Source of the DNA: a virus
IMG/VR virus record: IMGVR_UViG_3300032076_000022
Strand: one strand, 5' to 3'
DNA: 40,475 bases
The notes below the pieces were generated by a model. It was not told the origin of the DNA. It saw nothing but the letters and a program-made list of their open reading frames with translations, and ran no database searches. Below are positions 1 through 6,981 of this stretch, one piece after another. How positions within the stretch are numbered: position 1 is the first letter of the stretch; every line of letters starts with the position of its first letter. A program made the translations under genes and the position numbers.

Positions 1-127
1 GCACACTCCCCGTCGGTCCCTGGGGTGGTCCCGGAGTTCGCCGGCTGCGGCGCGCTGGCACGATTCTTGACGGGGGCGCAATGGACATAATGCGAATTAT
101 ACGACATACACATTATTTGCCCGTGGA
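1..127. repeat. Terminal direct repeat, left copy (identical to 40349..40475)
   Basis: Bases 1-127 (gcacactccccgtcgg...cattatttgcccgtgga) recur base for base at 40349-40475. Confidence 0.95.
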
Positions 128-480
128 ATCAAAGGGTTGACAAACGGCCCGACGCCCGGAAGCAGCAAGCAAGGTAGGGACCGGGTTCCCTTATCGCTGC
201 CGGGCATGACGCCCTGGTGAATTGATAACCTTGAGCTCTTTAGCCAGCGCCGCGGGCGATTCCGGGTGCGCAGCAGGGGACGCGGCACCCTCGGAGGAAA
301 AGCGGCGGGCGACCCCTCTCTCTATGCGTTTGATGGTGTGCTACTGCGGCGGAGCGGCACCCCCTGACCCATGCCCCCCCAAACCCCCCCGTTCCCTATC
401 CCCCTGCGATATAGCGTGCGCGCGTGGTGTTTTGGTTGTCAAGAGGCGAAAAGATTCTATGGCATTTGCTGCCTGCGGGA

Positions 481-509
481 TTGCCACGGGGGCGTTGTTA
501 GCCTAGGAT
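481..509 (+). promoter_or_regulatory. Candidate sigma70 promoter for the rightward early unit
   Basis: TTGCCA (481-486), 17-nt spacer, TAGGAT (504-509). It lies about 30 nt upstream of the GGAGG SD at 541-545. By-eye match only. Confidence 0.3.
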
Positions 510-553
510 AACAAGTAGCAGGACCGATTCTAAACGGACAGGAGGGGATGGAC

Positions 554-631
554 ATGACGTTGCTACTTTGCGCGATTGTGTTTACGGGCGTAGTGATGGG
601 GCATGCGATAGCCAAACGGATGGGGGTATGA
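554..631 (+). CDS. Tiny hydrophobic peptide (25 aa, MTLLLCAIVFTGVVMGHAIAKRMGV)
   Basis: GGAGG SD at 541-545 is 8 nt before ATG 554. An in-frame ATG at 548 sits too close to the SD. One predicted membrane helix. TGA at 629-631. Below the ORF-track length cutoff. Confidence 0.35.
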   Translation: MTLLLCAIVFTGVVMGHAIAKRMGV

Positions 632-632
632 C

Positions 633-851
633 ATGCGAGTGAGAGTTAATGGTCTGTATCGGTACACACCGAAACTATGGGACACGTTCGACGCGCGGAC
701 TAACTTGGTCGACGGTGACATCGTCAAGGTGGATTGGAAGAGATCAACGCGGAGAAAACCGCGTCGATTGCGGAGTCATGCGTTGCGCTTGCGCGCGCTA
801 TGGACGTTGCGCGCGACAAACTCAAGGACGCGTGAATGCGCTACCACCTGA
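633..851 (+). CDS. Small early hypothetical protein with an unresolved 3' frame
   Basis: ATG 633 lies 1 nt after the previous stop. The N-terminal 33 aa (MRVRVNGLYRYTPKLWDTFDARTNLVDGDIVKV) look protein-like and the rest is Arg-rich. The -1 frame from about 731 reads LEEINAEKTASIAESCVALARAMDVARDKLKDA and stops at 833-835, abutting ATG 836. Confidence 0.3.
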   Translation: MRVRVNGLYRYTPKLWDTFDARTNLVDGDIVKVDWKRSTRRKPRRLRSHALRLRALWTLRATNSRTRECATT

Positions 852-1516
852 CACCGAAGAGTTCCAACGCGAAGACTGGTCCTATACCAGTCTCTACGTC
901 GTCGCGTGAGACATGCCCATCCTGTCCGTTCAAAGGCAGCGGGTGTTATGCCGATGGGGGACCGATCGCGCTGCATTGGGACAAGGTCAGCAGCGGCGAG
1001 CGTGGGGACGCGTGGCATGTGTTTGTGCGGAAGATTTCCAAACTGCCCCACGGGCAATTGTGGCGGCACAATCAGGCGGGTGACTTGCCCGGTAAGGGCG
1101 ACAAGGTTGACGCCGTGGCGCTCTCGCAGCTGGTAGGCGCGAACGTCGGGAAACGCGGCTTTACCTATACGCACAAGCCGCTGACCGCGGCGAACGCCAG
1201 CGCGATCAGGGACGCGAATGCGCGCGGGTTTACGATCAATCTGTCAGCGAACAATCTTGCACATGCGGACGAGTTAGCGGCTGCGGGTGTGGGACCGGTC
1301 GCGGTAGTGCTACCGATTGAGCAGACGACGAATACCGAGACGCCCGCGGGACGCAAGGTAATCGTTTGTCCCGCTACGCAACGCGATGACGTCTCGTGCA
1401 TGACGTGCCAGATGTGCGCACGTCAGCGGGACATCATCATTGGGTTTCCGGCGCATGGTGCGAGTGCCAAGCGCGCGGCCAACGTAGTGCGGCTTTACAG
1501 GAGGGAAGCGAAATGA
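836..1516 (+). CDS. Cys-rich phage protein, possibly GP88-type family
   Basis: 681-nt ORF with AAGGA SD at 824-828. The N-terminus SNAKTGPIPVSTSSRETCPSCPFKGSGCYA resembles the mycobacteriophage gp88-type family. That family call is from memory and weaker than the CDS call. Confidence 0.75.
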   Translation: MRYHLTPKSSNAKTGPIPVSTSSRETCPSCPFKGSGCYADGGPIALHWDKVSSGERGDAWHVFVRKISKLPHGQLWRHNQAGDLPGKGDKVDAVALSQLVGANVGKRGFTYTHKPLTAANASAIRDANARGFTINLSANNLAHADELAAAGVGPVAVVLPIEQTTNTETPAGRKVIVCPATQRDDVSCMTCQMCARQRDIIIGFPAHGASAKRAANVVRLYRREAK

Positions 1517-1776
1517 CAGACGCGGAATGGAACGCGACGCTACGGGAGGGAGAGCGGCAGGCGCGCATCGCCGCAGCGCTCGCCTACTTGGTGCGGTGTG
1601 AGGGTGCGGTGTTGTATTGGCAGGTGCCGCAGGAGTTACAGCAAGGGATGCAGGATGCGCTAGACGATGGCCGCATTGCGTTTGCGGAGGATTCTGATTG
1701 CTTGGTGCATCCCGATGCGGTGCGGGTTACTGCGGAGGGTGGGGACTGTTGGGCAGGGTGGCACATGCCGCGATAG
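1513..1776 (+). CDS. Hypothetical protein (87 aa)
   Basis: ATG 1513 overlaps the upstream TGA (ATGA) and is preceded by GGAGGGA. The ORF track starts further upstream at 1396. Sequence begins MTDAEWNATLREGERQ. Confidence 0.65.
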   Translation: MTDAEWNATLREGERQARIAAALAYLVRCEGAVLYWQVPQELQQGMQDALDDGRIAFAEDSDCLVHPDAVRVTAEGGDCWAGWHMPR

Positions 1777-2083
1777 CGCGGCTTAGCTGCGGACGTCTCT
1801 ACCGGAAATGTAGCGGCGTTTGCGGTAGGTGACCGGAACCCCGCGGGTTGAATTCCGTGGGTCCGGACCATTCGGGATCGCTGGCGCGCCTCCAAGGCGC
1901 GGCCAGGGCGAGCTCGCGTCGACCTGGGCGAGGCGTGCCAGGCGCTGGGAGGGGTGCGTGGCGTGCCCGCGGAGGTTGCGCTTCGGAGGGCGAAGATTTT
2001 GGAAAATTGCCACGCGGATCTCGGGGGAAGATTTTCGGGGAGGGCTACGCGAAGCGGAGGGTGCGCCCGATCGGGGGCGGCTG

Positions 2084-2764
2084 TCAAGGGGGGCGCTTGG
2101 TGAGGGCGAAGAGGCGGGTTTTGAGCGCGGCGTAGGTTTCGCCCGGCAAGGGTGCCACGCCGAGTTCGACGGCGTGGGCCATGACGCCGGCGTCGGTTTT
2201 CCACCAGCCGGGGGAGCCGTTGACTTTGGGATGTTTTCCCCCTGCTGGTTTTGCGGTCTTGGCGGGTGGCGGCGGTGGAAGAGAGGGGGAAGGGGGAGAG
2301 ATAGGAACCCCAACCCCAACCCCAACCCCTCGCGCGCCTGCGCGTAGACTTGAGTCTGACTTAGGTCTGACCGTGGTCTGACTTGAGTCAGGCTTAGGTC
2401 CGACTTGAGTCTGACTTTTATCGTCTATATCGCTGATTTCTTTAGGTGGTGGTGGATGCTTGGAACCGGCGACGTATCGCTTGCGTTGCCGGAAGCGCGG
2501 GATGAAGAGGAAATCGCCGCGGCCCGCCACCGAATAGGTGCGCACCAGATCCGCGTGCGTGAGTTCCCGTAAAAGTTCGCCCAGACGCGCGTCGTCGACC
2601 GTTCCCGCCATGCCCCGCAGCCTGAGCGCGAGGGGTGCTGCCGATAGCCTAGCGGCGTCGTCGGCAAGCAGCATGCAGGCGAGGAAGAGGACTTGCGCCT
2701 GACTCGATACGGACCAGAAGCGGGCAGAGGACAGCAACTCGTCCCGGATGTACCGATCAGGCAT
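2084..2764 (-). CDS. Replication-initiator-like protein (lambda O-like layout) carrying internal iterons
   Basis: ATG 2764 overlaps the stop of the Cro-like gene. It has a globular N-domain (containing FLFIPRFRQRKRY), a low-complexity linker encoded by the repeats at 2306-2419, and a short C-domain. Function is inferred from layout and position, not from recognised homology. Confidence 0.6.
   Translation of the reverse strand: MPDRYIRDELLSSARFWSVSSQAQVLFLACMLLADDAARLSAAPLALRLRGMAGTVDDARLGELLRELTHADLVRTYSVAGRGDFLFIPRFRQRKRYVAGSKHPPPPKEISDIDDKSQTQVGPKPDSSQTTVRPKSDSSLRAGARGVGVGVGVPISPPSPSLPPPPPAKTAKPAGGKHPKVNGSPGWWKTDAGVMAHAVELGVAPLPGETYAALKTRLFALTKRPP
2306..2329. repeat. (AACCCC)4 on the plus strand, (GGGGTT)4 on the minus strand
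   Basis: C4 runs at 2308-2311, 2314-2317, 2320-2323 and 2326-2329. The tract encodes GVGVGVGV in the 2084..2764 protein. Confidence 0.95.
2343..2419. repeat. Seven tandem 11-bp repeats (GTCTGACTTrr), iteron-like
   Basis: Copies start at 2354, 2365, 2376, 2387, 2398 and 2409, exactly 11 bp apart, plus a degenerate copy at 2343/2344. An AT-rich stretch follows at 2416-2444. Confidence 0.85.
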
Positions 2765-3011
2765 CGCCCTCTCCCGACGTCACCAGGGCGGGTTCTAGGG
2801 GCGCTGGCGTGCGTTTCCGCGGACGTCGGGGCGGCTTGATTTTGAGGGCCGGATCGGCTACGAGCTCGCCGCGGGATGCCCGCTCGAGTTGCAGCTGGCG
2901 CAGCGGCGGGACGATTTCGCCCCACTTGTGCACCGATGGCGGTCGGACGCCAAGGATGATGGCGATCCGGTAGCGGGAACCGAAGAAGGCGATGGCGTCT
3001 GAGGTCTTCAT
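2757..3011 (-). CDS. Cro/YdaS-like HTH regulator
   Basis: ATG at 3011; the ORF track begins at a TTG at 3035. MKTSDAIAFFGSRYRIAIILGVRPPSVHKWGE fits the YdaS/Cro HTH pattern. It is the first gene of a leftward unit at a divergent promoter region. Confidence 0.75.
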   Translation of the reverse strand: MKTSDAIAFFGSRYRIAIILGVRPPSVHKWGEIVPPLRQLQLERASRGELVADPALKIKPPRRPRKRTPAPLEPALVTSGEGDA

Positions 3012-3069
3012 AAAAGCGTAGGCTACTCCTGCCAAAACCGGAGTGCAACCCCCTGCCTAATAAAATCGC

Positions 3070-3098
3070 TTGACAGGTTTATTACCGCAGGCTAATAT
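3070..3098 (+). promoter_or_regulatory. Near-consensus sigma70 promoter
   Basis: TTGACA (3070-3075), 17-nt spacer, TAATAT (3093-3098). An AAGGAG SD and ATG 3145 lie downstream. A 7-bp inverted repeat, TAATAAA (3058-3064) and TTTATTA (3078-3084), brackets the -35. Confidence 0.6.
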
Positions 3099-3144
3099 CG
3101 ATTCCGTACCACCGATGCATCATAATTCAACCAAGGAGACGACG

Positions 3145-3546
3145 ATGGAAGTCCGCAACGAAATCACCCGCGAGTTCCTGAAGGAGTTGCGCCATGAGAT
3201 GGACGGCGCGTTGCTTGCCATCGCGCGCAAGCATGGCATCGAACTGCGCACCGGTCGCGCGACGTTCACCAGCACCACGTTCACCATGAAGGTCGAAGGT
3301 GCGATCAACGGCGAATCGAAGGAGCGCGAGACGTATCGTCAGTACGCGCGTATCGGTGTGGTGCCGCTCGACGCGCTGGATAAGAAGATCCGCATCGCCG
3401 GGTACGATTACACGGTCGACGGCATCAACACCACGGGCAGCAAACTGATCCTGCTCCGCGAGCAGAACGGCAAGCGTTATCTGTATGACCGCGACGTCAT
3501 CCTGCGGCTGATCGCGTCCGCGAACGCGGTGCAGGTGAACGCATGA
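3145..3546 (+). CDS. Hypothetical early protein (133 aa)
   Basis: AAGGAG SD at 3133-3138 and ATG at 3145. First gene downstream of the near-consensus promoter. Begins MEVRNEITREFLKELRHEMDG. The ORF track extends to an upstream TTG at 3070. Confidence 0.8.
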   Translation: MEVRNEITREFLKELRHEMDGALLAIARKHGIELRTGRATFTSTTFTMKVEGAINGESKERETYRQYARIGVVPLDALDKKIRIAGYDYTVDGINTTGSKLILLREQNGKRYLYDRDVILRLIASANAVQVNA

Positions 3547-3776
3547 GCGACCACGTCACAATCTGGGTGGCGAGCGTCGATACGCGCAACTTCGAATTCG
3601 ACGCCTTCGGCAAGACGCAAGAGGAGGCGTTGCGCGCCCTGCAGGTGGCGCTCATCCGCCACGCGAAGCGGTGCAAGCTACCGCGCACGTTCGGCATCGC
3701 GACGATGGAAGATGCGACCTGCCGCATGGTCGCGACCGGGCAGGGCTACTGCGACCGCGAACCGGTGTACATGTGA
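3543..3776 (+). CDS. Hypothetical protein (77 aa)
   Basis: ATGA overlap with the upstream stop. Begins MSDHVTIWVASVDTRNFEFDAFGKTQEEAL. Confidence 0.7.
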   Translation: MSDHVTIWVASVDTRNFEFDAFGKTQEEALRALQVALIRHAKRCKLPRTFGIATMEDATCRMVATGQGYCDREPVYM

Positions 3777-4009
3777 GCGTCTACCACGTCACCATCGGCA
3801 ACATGACGGTCCGGGTGGACTCCCTCGAGGAAGCATCGCGGGAGTTCATCCGGGTGCAGCAGAACATGATCGACCGCGGCCTGCGGCCTGATCAGATCCC
3901 GCGTGCCACGGTGCGCCGCGACTGGTGCCGGGACTTCTGGGAAATCGCCCCGACGGGTCAGATCTTCGACCGCGACGGCGAGCTCGTCCAGGCCGCGGCG
4001 ATTCTCTGA
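3773..4009 (+). CDS. Hypothetical protein (78 aa)
   Basis: GTG 3773 overlaps the upstream TGA (GTGA). Sequence reads VSVYHVTIGNMTVRVDSLEEASREF. Its 3' end overlaps the convergent methyltransferase gene by 52 nt. Confidence 0.55.
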   Translation: MSVYHVTIGNMTVRVDSLEEASREFIRVQQNMIDRGLRPDQIPRATVRRDWCRDFWEIAPTGQIFDRDGELVQAAAIL

Positions 4010-5289
4010 CCGATCCACGCGACCACGGGGACGGCCATGCTGTTCCCGAGGGCGCGATAGCGCGGGCCGTCCTTCGCCAAAGATTCCCGGTACGGGATAC
4101 GCGTGTAGTCGTCGGGCATTCCCTGCAGCCGCTCGCACTCGCGCGGGGTCAGCCGCCGCACCTCGACGTCAGCGAACCGGTTCTCCGGGTGGGTGATCTG
4201 GGTGGTGTCGAACGCTATTAGGGTGTCTTGGTCGCCCTTGTCGGCGTCCGCAGAGAGCGGCGGCGCGATGACGTCCGGAGCGCCGTCCTTTCCGCGCGCG
4301 TAGTGCGACGCCTTGAATGCGACGGGGATAAGATTCGCGACCTCGTCGCCTGCCGGGCCGCTCGTCCCCTTCACCCATTTCGCGCTCATCGCCTGCGGCA
4401 CAAAGAGCGGGATCAGCGATTCGACGCTATCGACCGTGCGGCCAGGTCCGTTCGCTCCGCCGCCGTTCCCGACGTCGCCCAGCGGCGGGGAAATGACATA
4501 GTCCTCGCTGTCGTCGCGCATCGACTTGTGCGGTCGCGCAGAAAGACTGTGCGCGAGTCCGCCGCCCGTCATGAAGTCGGCTCCCCAGGCCGCGCCGCCT
4601 GCTCCAGCGCGCGCTTCAAGTGGACCGGTAGTGTCTTGCCGCGGCGTTCGGCACGGTTCAGGATGCCCCTGCAGGCTTTCGCGCTCAAGAAGTATCGGCG
4701 CTCGACTGCTCCAGTCTCCAGAATCGAGGAGAGCGAACACACGACGGCGCCGCTGCGGAACTCCGAAGAATCGCGCGTCCAGCACACTCCACTCGACCAG
4801 CCCGTCCGGCCCGAGAGCAAAGCCGGCATTGCGCCATCCATCAGCCGGTACGTCGAACTCGCACCCAGCCAAGCTTCCAACCACTGCAGCAAAGTCTCGT
4901 CCGTCCTCGGTGGAGAAGCATCCCGGGACGTTTTCCCAGAGAAAGAATCTTGCACCGCAAAAAGTTCTTGCTGCTCCATAGATCCTCACCGCTTCGTGGA
5001 ATAGGTTGGAGCGCGCCCCGTTCAGTCCGGCGCGTTTCCCGGCGACGCTCAAGTCCTGGCACGGGGTGCCGGCGACCACCACGTCGATCGTGCCGAGCTC
5101 CGCGATCCGCTCCGCGGAGATGTCCCGAAGATTCCCGAGGTTCGGTACGCCGGGATAGTGGTGCTCGAGCAACCGGCAGCAGAACGGTTCGATCTCGCTG
5201 AACCCGGCGCACTCCCAGTCGGGCCAGGCGAGCGAGGGCGCCGAGATCCCCGCGCAGAGGTCGAGGTACTTCAATCGGTGCATTCGCAC
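3958..5289 (-). CDS. DNA (cytosine-5)-methyltransferase
   Basis: C5-MTase motifs in canonical order: I DLCAGIS, IV GTPCQDLS, VI LWENVPG, VIII QRRRRVF, IX RRLTPRECERLQG, X GNSMAVPV. The start is GTG 5289 or ATG 5283. Confidence 0.9.
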   Translation of the reverse strand: MRMHRLKYLDLCAGISAPSLAWPDWECAGFSEIEPFCCRLLEHHYPGVPNLGNLRDISAERIAELGTIDVVVAGTPCQDLSVAGKRAGLNGARSNLFHEAVRIYGAARTFCGARFFLWENVPGCFSTEDGRDFAAVVGSLAGCEFDVPADGWRNAGFALGPDGLVEWSVLDARFFGVPQRRRRVFALLDSGDWSSRAPILLERESLQGHPEPCRTPRQDTTGPLEARAGAGGAAWGADFMTGGGLAHSLSARPHKSMRDDSEDYVISPPLGDVGNGGGANGPGRTVDSVESLIPLFVPQAMSAKWVKGTSGPAGDEVANLIPVAFKASHYARGKDGAPDVIAPPLSADADKGDQDTLIAFDTTQITHPENRFADVEVRRLTPRECERLQGMPDDYTRIPYRESLAKDGPRYRALGNSMAVPVVAWIGQRIAAAWTSSPSRSKI

Positions 5290-6098
5290 GGCATCGTCTC
5301 TTCGTCCACGATGTCGTCAAAGAGTCCGGGTTGCGTAGCGATGTGTTTCAGCACGGCGTAATTCGGGCGGTCGACGCGGAAGAGTTTCCCGCTGTCCAAT
5401 TCCATCTTGATCCACCAGTCGGCGCGTGCCGGTTCCTCGCGGATCAGGCTGATGATGGTGCGCGGACCCTTGAGGTAGCAGAGGTCGCAGTTGCCGTGCA
5501 GCGTCTTGCCGCCGATCGACGGGAGATCCAGGTCGAAGGGCATTCCCTTCCAGAACGCGATGACGTCCTCTTTGCGGATGCCAGCGTCGGCCAACGGGAA
5601 CACGAAGTTGATGTCCTCGCGCCCCTTGCCTCGAGCGACGCGGCCCGGTTCGTCGGCGCGCATTCCGGCGATGTTGTGGACGTCCTTTTGCATGTACCCG
5701 CGCGCCCGCATGAAGCCTTCCATCGGTTTGATCTTGAGGTTCTGGGTGCAGATGCGCGCGACCGGGTTCGGGGTGTAGCCGCGCACCATGATGATCTCGC
5801 GGAACGGTTCGCCCTGGCGCGCTGCGGTGGCGTAATCGACCTCGGTCCATGCGTCGACCTGATGCTTCGCTGGTCGGTACTCGAGCCAGCGGATCTTGTG
5901 GCAGATGTGCTCTTCCATTCGCCGGACGAATTCCAGCGTCTCCTCACGCTCCTTGCCGGTGTTGGCGAAGAGGATGTGGCAATCCTCCGGCAACCTGCCG
6001 CCGTAGGCGTCCACGATCATCACCAGCATCATTCCAGAGGATCGGCCCCCGGAGAACGAGATCGACGCCGGACCTTGGATGCGAAACGGATCAGCCAC
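5271..6098 (-). CDS. PAPS-reductase-family PP-loop enzyme (adenine nucleotide alpha-hydrolase fold)
   Basis: GTG 6098 is preceded by GGAGAAGAGG and overlaps the upstream stop. PP-loop SFSGGRSS, and ICTQNLKIKPM resembles the CysH/DndC-type C-x-x-x-K-x-x-P motif. Its 3' end overlaps the start of the methyltransferase gene. Confidence 0.75.
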   Translation of the reverse strand: MADPFRIQGPASISFSGGRSSGMMLVMIVDAYGGRLPEDCHILFANTGKEREETLEFVRRMEEHICHKIRWLEYRPAKHQVDAWTEVDYATAARQGEPFREIIMVRGYTPNPVARICTQNLKIKPMEGFMRARGYMQKDVHNIAGMRADEPGRVARGKGREDINFVFPLADAGIRKEDVIAFWKGMPFDLDLPSIGGKTLHGNCDLCYLKGPRTIISLIREEPARADWWIKMELDSGKLFRVDRPNYAVLKHIATQPGLFDDIVDEETMPCECTD

Positions 6099-6345
6099 CC
6101 TCTTCTCCTTCCCTGACCACCGGCACGTCCTCCCACGGTGACCACTCGGTGGTCGGCTTGCCGTCGACATGCACCCGCTCTTTGACGCGGAACTGCAGCT
6201 GCGCGGGCGGGCAGAACAATTCGGTCGGCGGCGGCTGTCCATTGACCGAGGGACCGACCTGGATCTTCAACGCCTGCAATCCCATCTTGACGTCGTCCAG
6301 CGTGTACTTCCGCAGGTACTGCCGCATCTCAATCGTGGTTGCCAT
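6091..6345 (-). CDS. Hypothetical protein (84 aa)
   Basis: ATG 6345. Begins MATTIEMRQYLRKYTLDDVKMGLQALK. Overlaps both neighbouring genes. The ORF track extends upstream to 6609. Confidence 0.6.
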   Translation of the reverse strand: MATTIEMRQYLRKYTLDDVKMGLQALKIQVGPSVNGQPPPTELFCPPAQLQFRVKERVHVDGKPTTEWSPWEDVPVVREGEEGG

Positions 6346-6673
6346 TCGCGTCCCCTTTGACGATTTCCTCGCGTGCGATTCTGATCCAGTCGTCCAGGTA
6401 CATGACGACAAGCCAGCGTTTGCCGTCGGCGCGCAGCGCGACCGTCGGTATGTGGTAGGCGTTCTCATCGATCGCCTGCATGATCCAATCGTACAGGTTG
6501 CCGATGCGATGGCGTCGCTTGCACTCGATGTGGAAGGGCGGGACGGTAACGTCGTGGCCGCTGTCGCGCGCCTGCCCCAGGTTGCGGGTGACCTTGGTGC
6601 CGAGCGCATCGGTCAGGAGCGCGCACAGTTCACGCTCGCCGCCCGCTCCCTTGTCGCGCTGGGACTTGCTCAC
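6329..6673 (-). CDS. Hjc-like PD-(D/E)XK Holliday-junction resolvase
   Basis: GTG 6673 follows AGGAGAAG and overlaps the upstream TGA. KGAGGERELCALL...VTRNLGQARDSGHDVTV..FHIECKRR matches the archaeal Hjc-type pattern G-x-x-ERE ... D ... E-x-K. Confidence 0.65.
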   Translation of the reverse strand: MSKSQRDKGAGGERELCALLTDALGTKVTRNLGQARDSGHDVTVPPFHIECKRRHRIGNLYDWIMQAIDENAYHIPTVALRADGKRWLVVMYLDDWIRIAREEIVKGDANGNHD

Positions 6674-6981
6674 TTCTTCTCCTGCGCGAGCGCGGCGTCG
6701 ATGTCGTCGCAGATTGGCTTGGCGCATACATCTTGCGACCCGTTTAGCCGATAGTGGATTGACCGCAGCAATCCCTTCGCCGCCTCTGCGCCCGCGCAGA
6801 GGGCGTCGCCAGCTATATCAGCATCCTTTGCGCGTTCCATCCAGTAGTCGCACAACTGCCGCAACTGCGTGATGGCAGCGTTAGCGTCCCGGCAGTCGTC
6901 CCACGTTTTGTTTCGATTACCTTTGCGCCCCACATCTCCTAGGCGGTCTTGCAGCGCATCCAGTTCGGCGTCGGTCATCAT
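6670..6981 (-). CDS. Hypothetical protein (103 aa)
   Basis: ATG 6981 overlaps the upstream TGA (ATGATGA). Begins MMTDAELDALQDRLGDVGRKGNRNKTWDD. Confidence 0.6.
   Translation of the reverse strand: MMTDAELDALQDRLGDVGRKGNRNKTWDDCRDANAAITQLRQLCDYWMERAKDADIAGDALCAGAEAAKGLLRSIHYRLNGSQDVCAKPICDDIDAALAQEKK

Noticed and set aside
96-118. The stretch aattATACGACatacacatta shares the ATACGAC core of the T7 class III promoter (TAATACGACTCACTATAG).
   Set aside because: The match is limited to about 7 contiguous bases, the initiation region does not match, and no single-subunit RNA polymerase gene exists in this genome. It is more likely chance or part of a host-type promoter (TATAAT on the other strand).
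222-506. ORF 222..506 (94 aa) and ORF 97..288 in the control region.
   Set aside because: No SD is present. The composition is Ala/Pro/Cys/Arg-rich, the ORFs span the homopolymer tracts, and the region is better explained as promoter or packaging-site DNA.
1767-1790. The hairpin GCCGCG-atag-CGCGGC followed by TT, at the end of ORF 1513..1776, could be a terminator.
   Set aside because: The stem is only 6 bp, the loop includes the stop codon, and the U-tract is only two residues. Too weak to call.
1840-1880. A tRNA-like T-loop motif, cgcGGGTTGAATTCCgtg, in the non-coding gap.
   Set aside because: The flanking bases do not form a T-stem (GCGGG versus CCGTG are not complementary), and no acceptor, D or anticodon arms can be drawn. 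No tRNA is called.
2757-3144. The Cro-like regulator and divergent promoters might indicate a temperate lifestyle.
   Set aside because: No integrase, excisionase, CI-type repressor, partition or attachment-site features were found. A lytic, or at least non-integrating, lifestyle is the more economical reading, although sequence alone cannot exclude pseudolysogeny.
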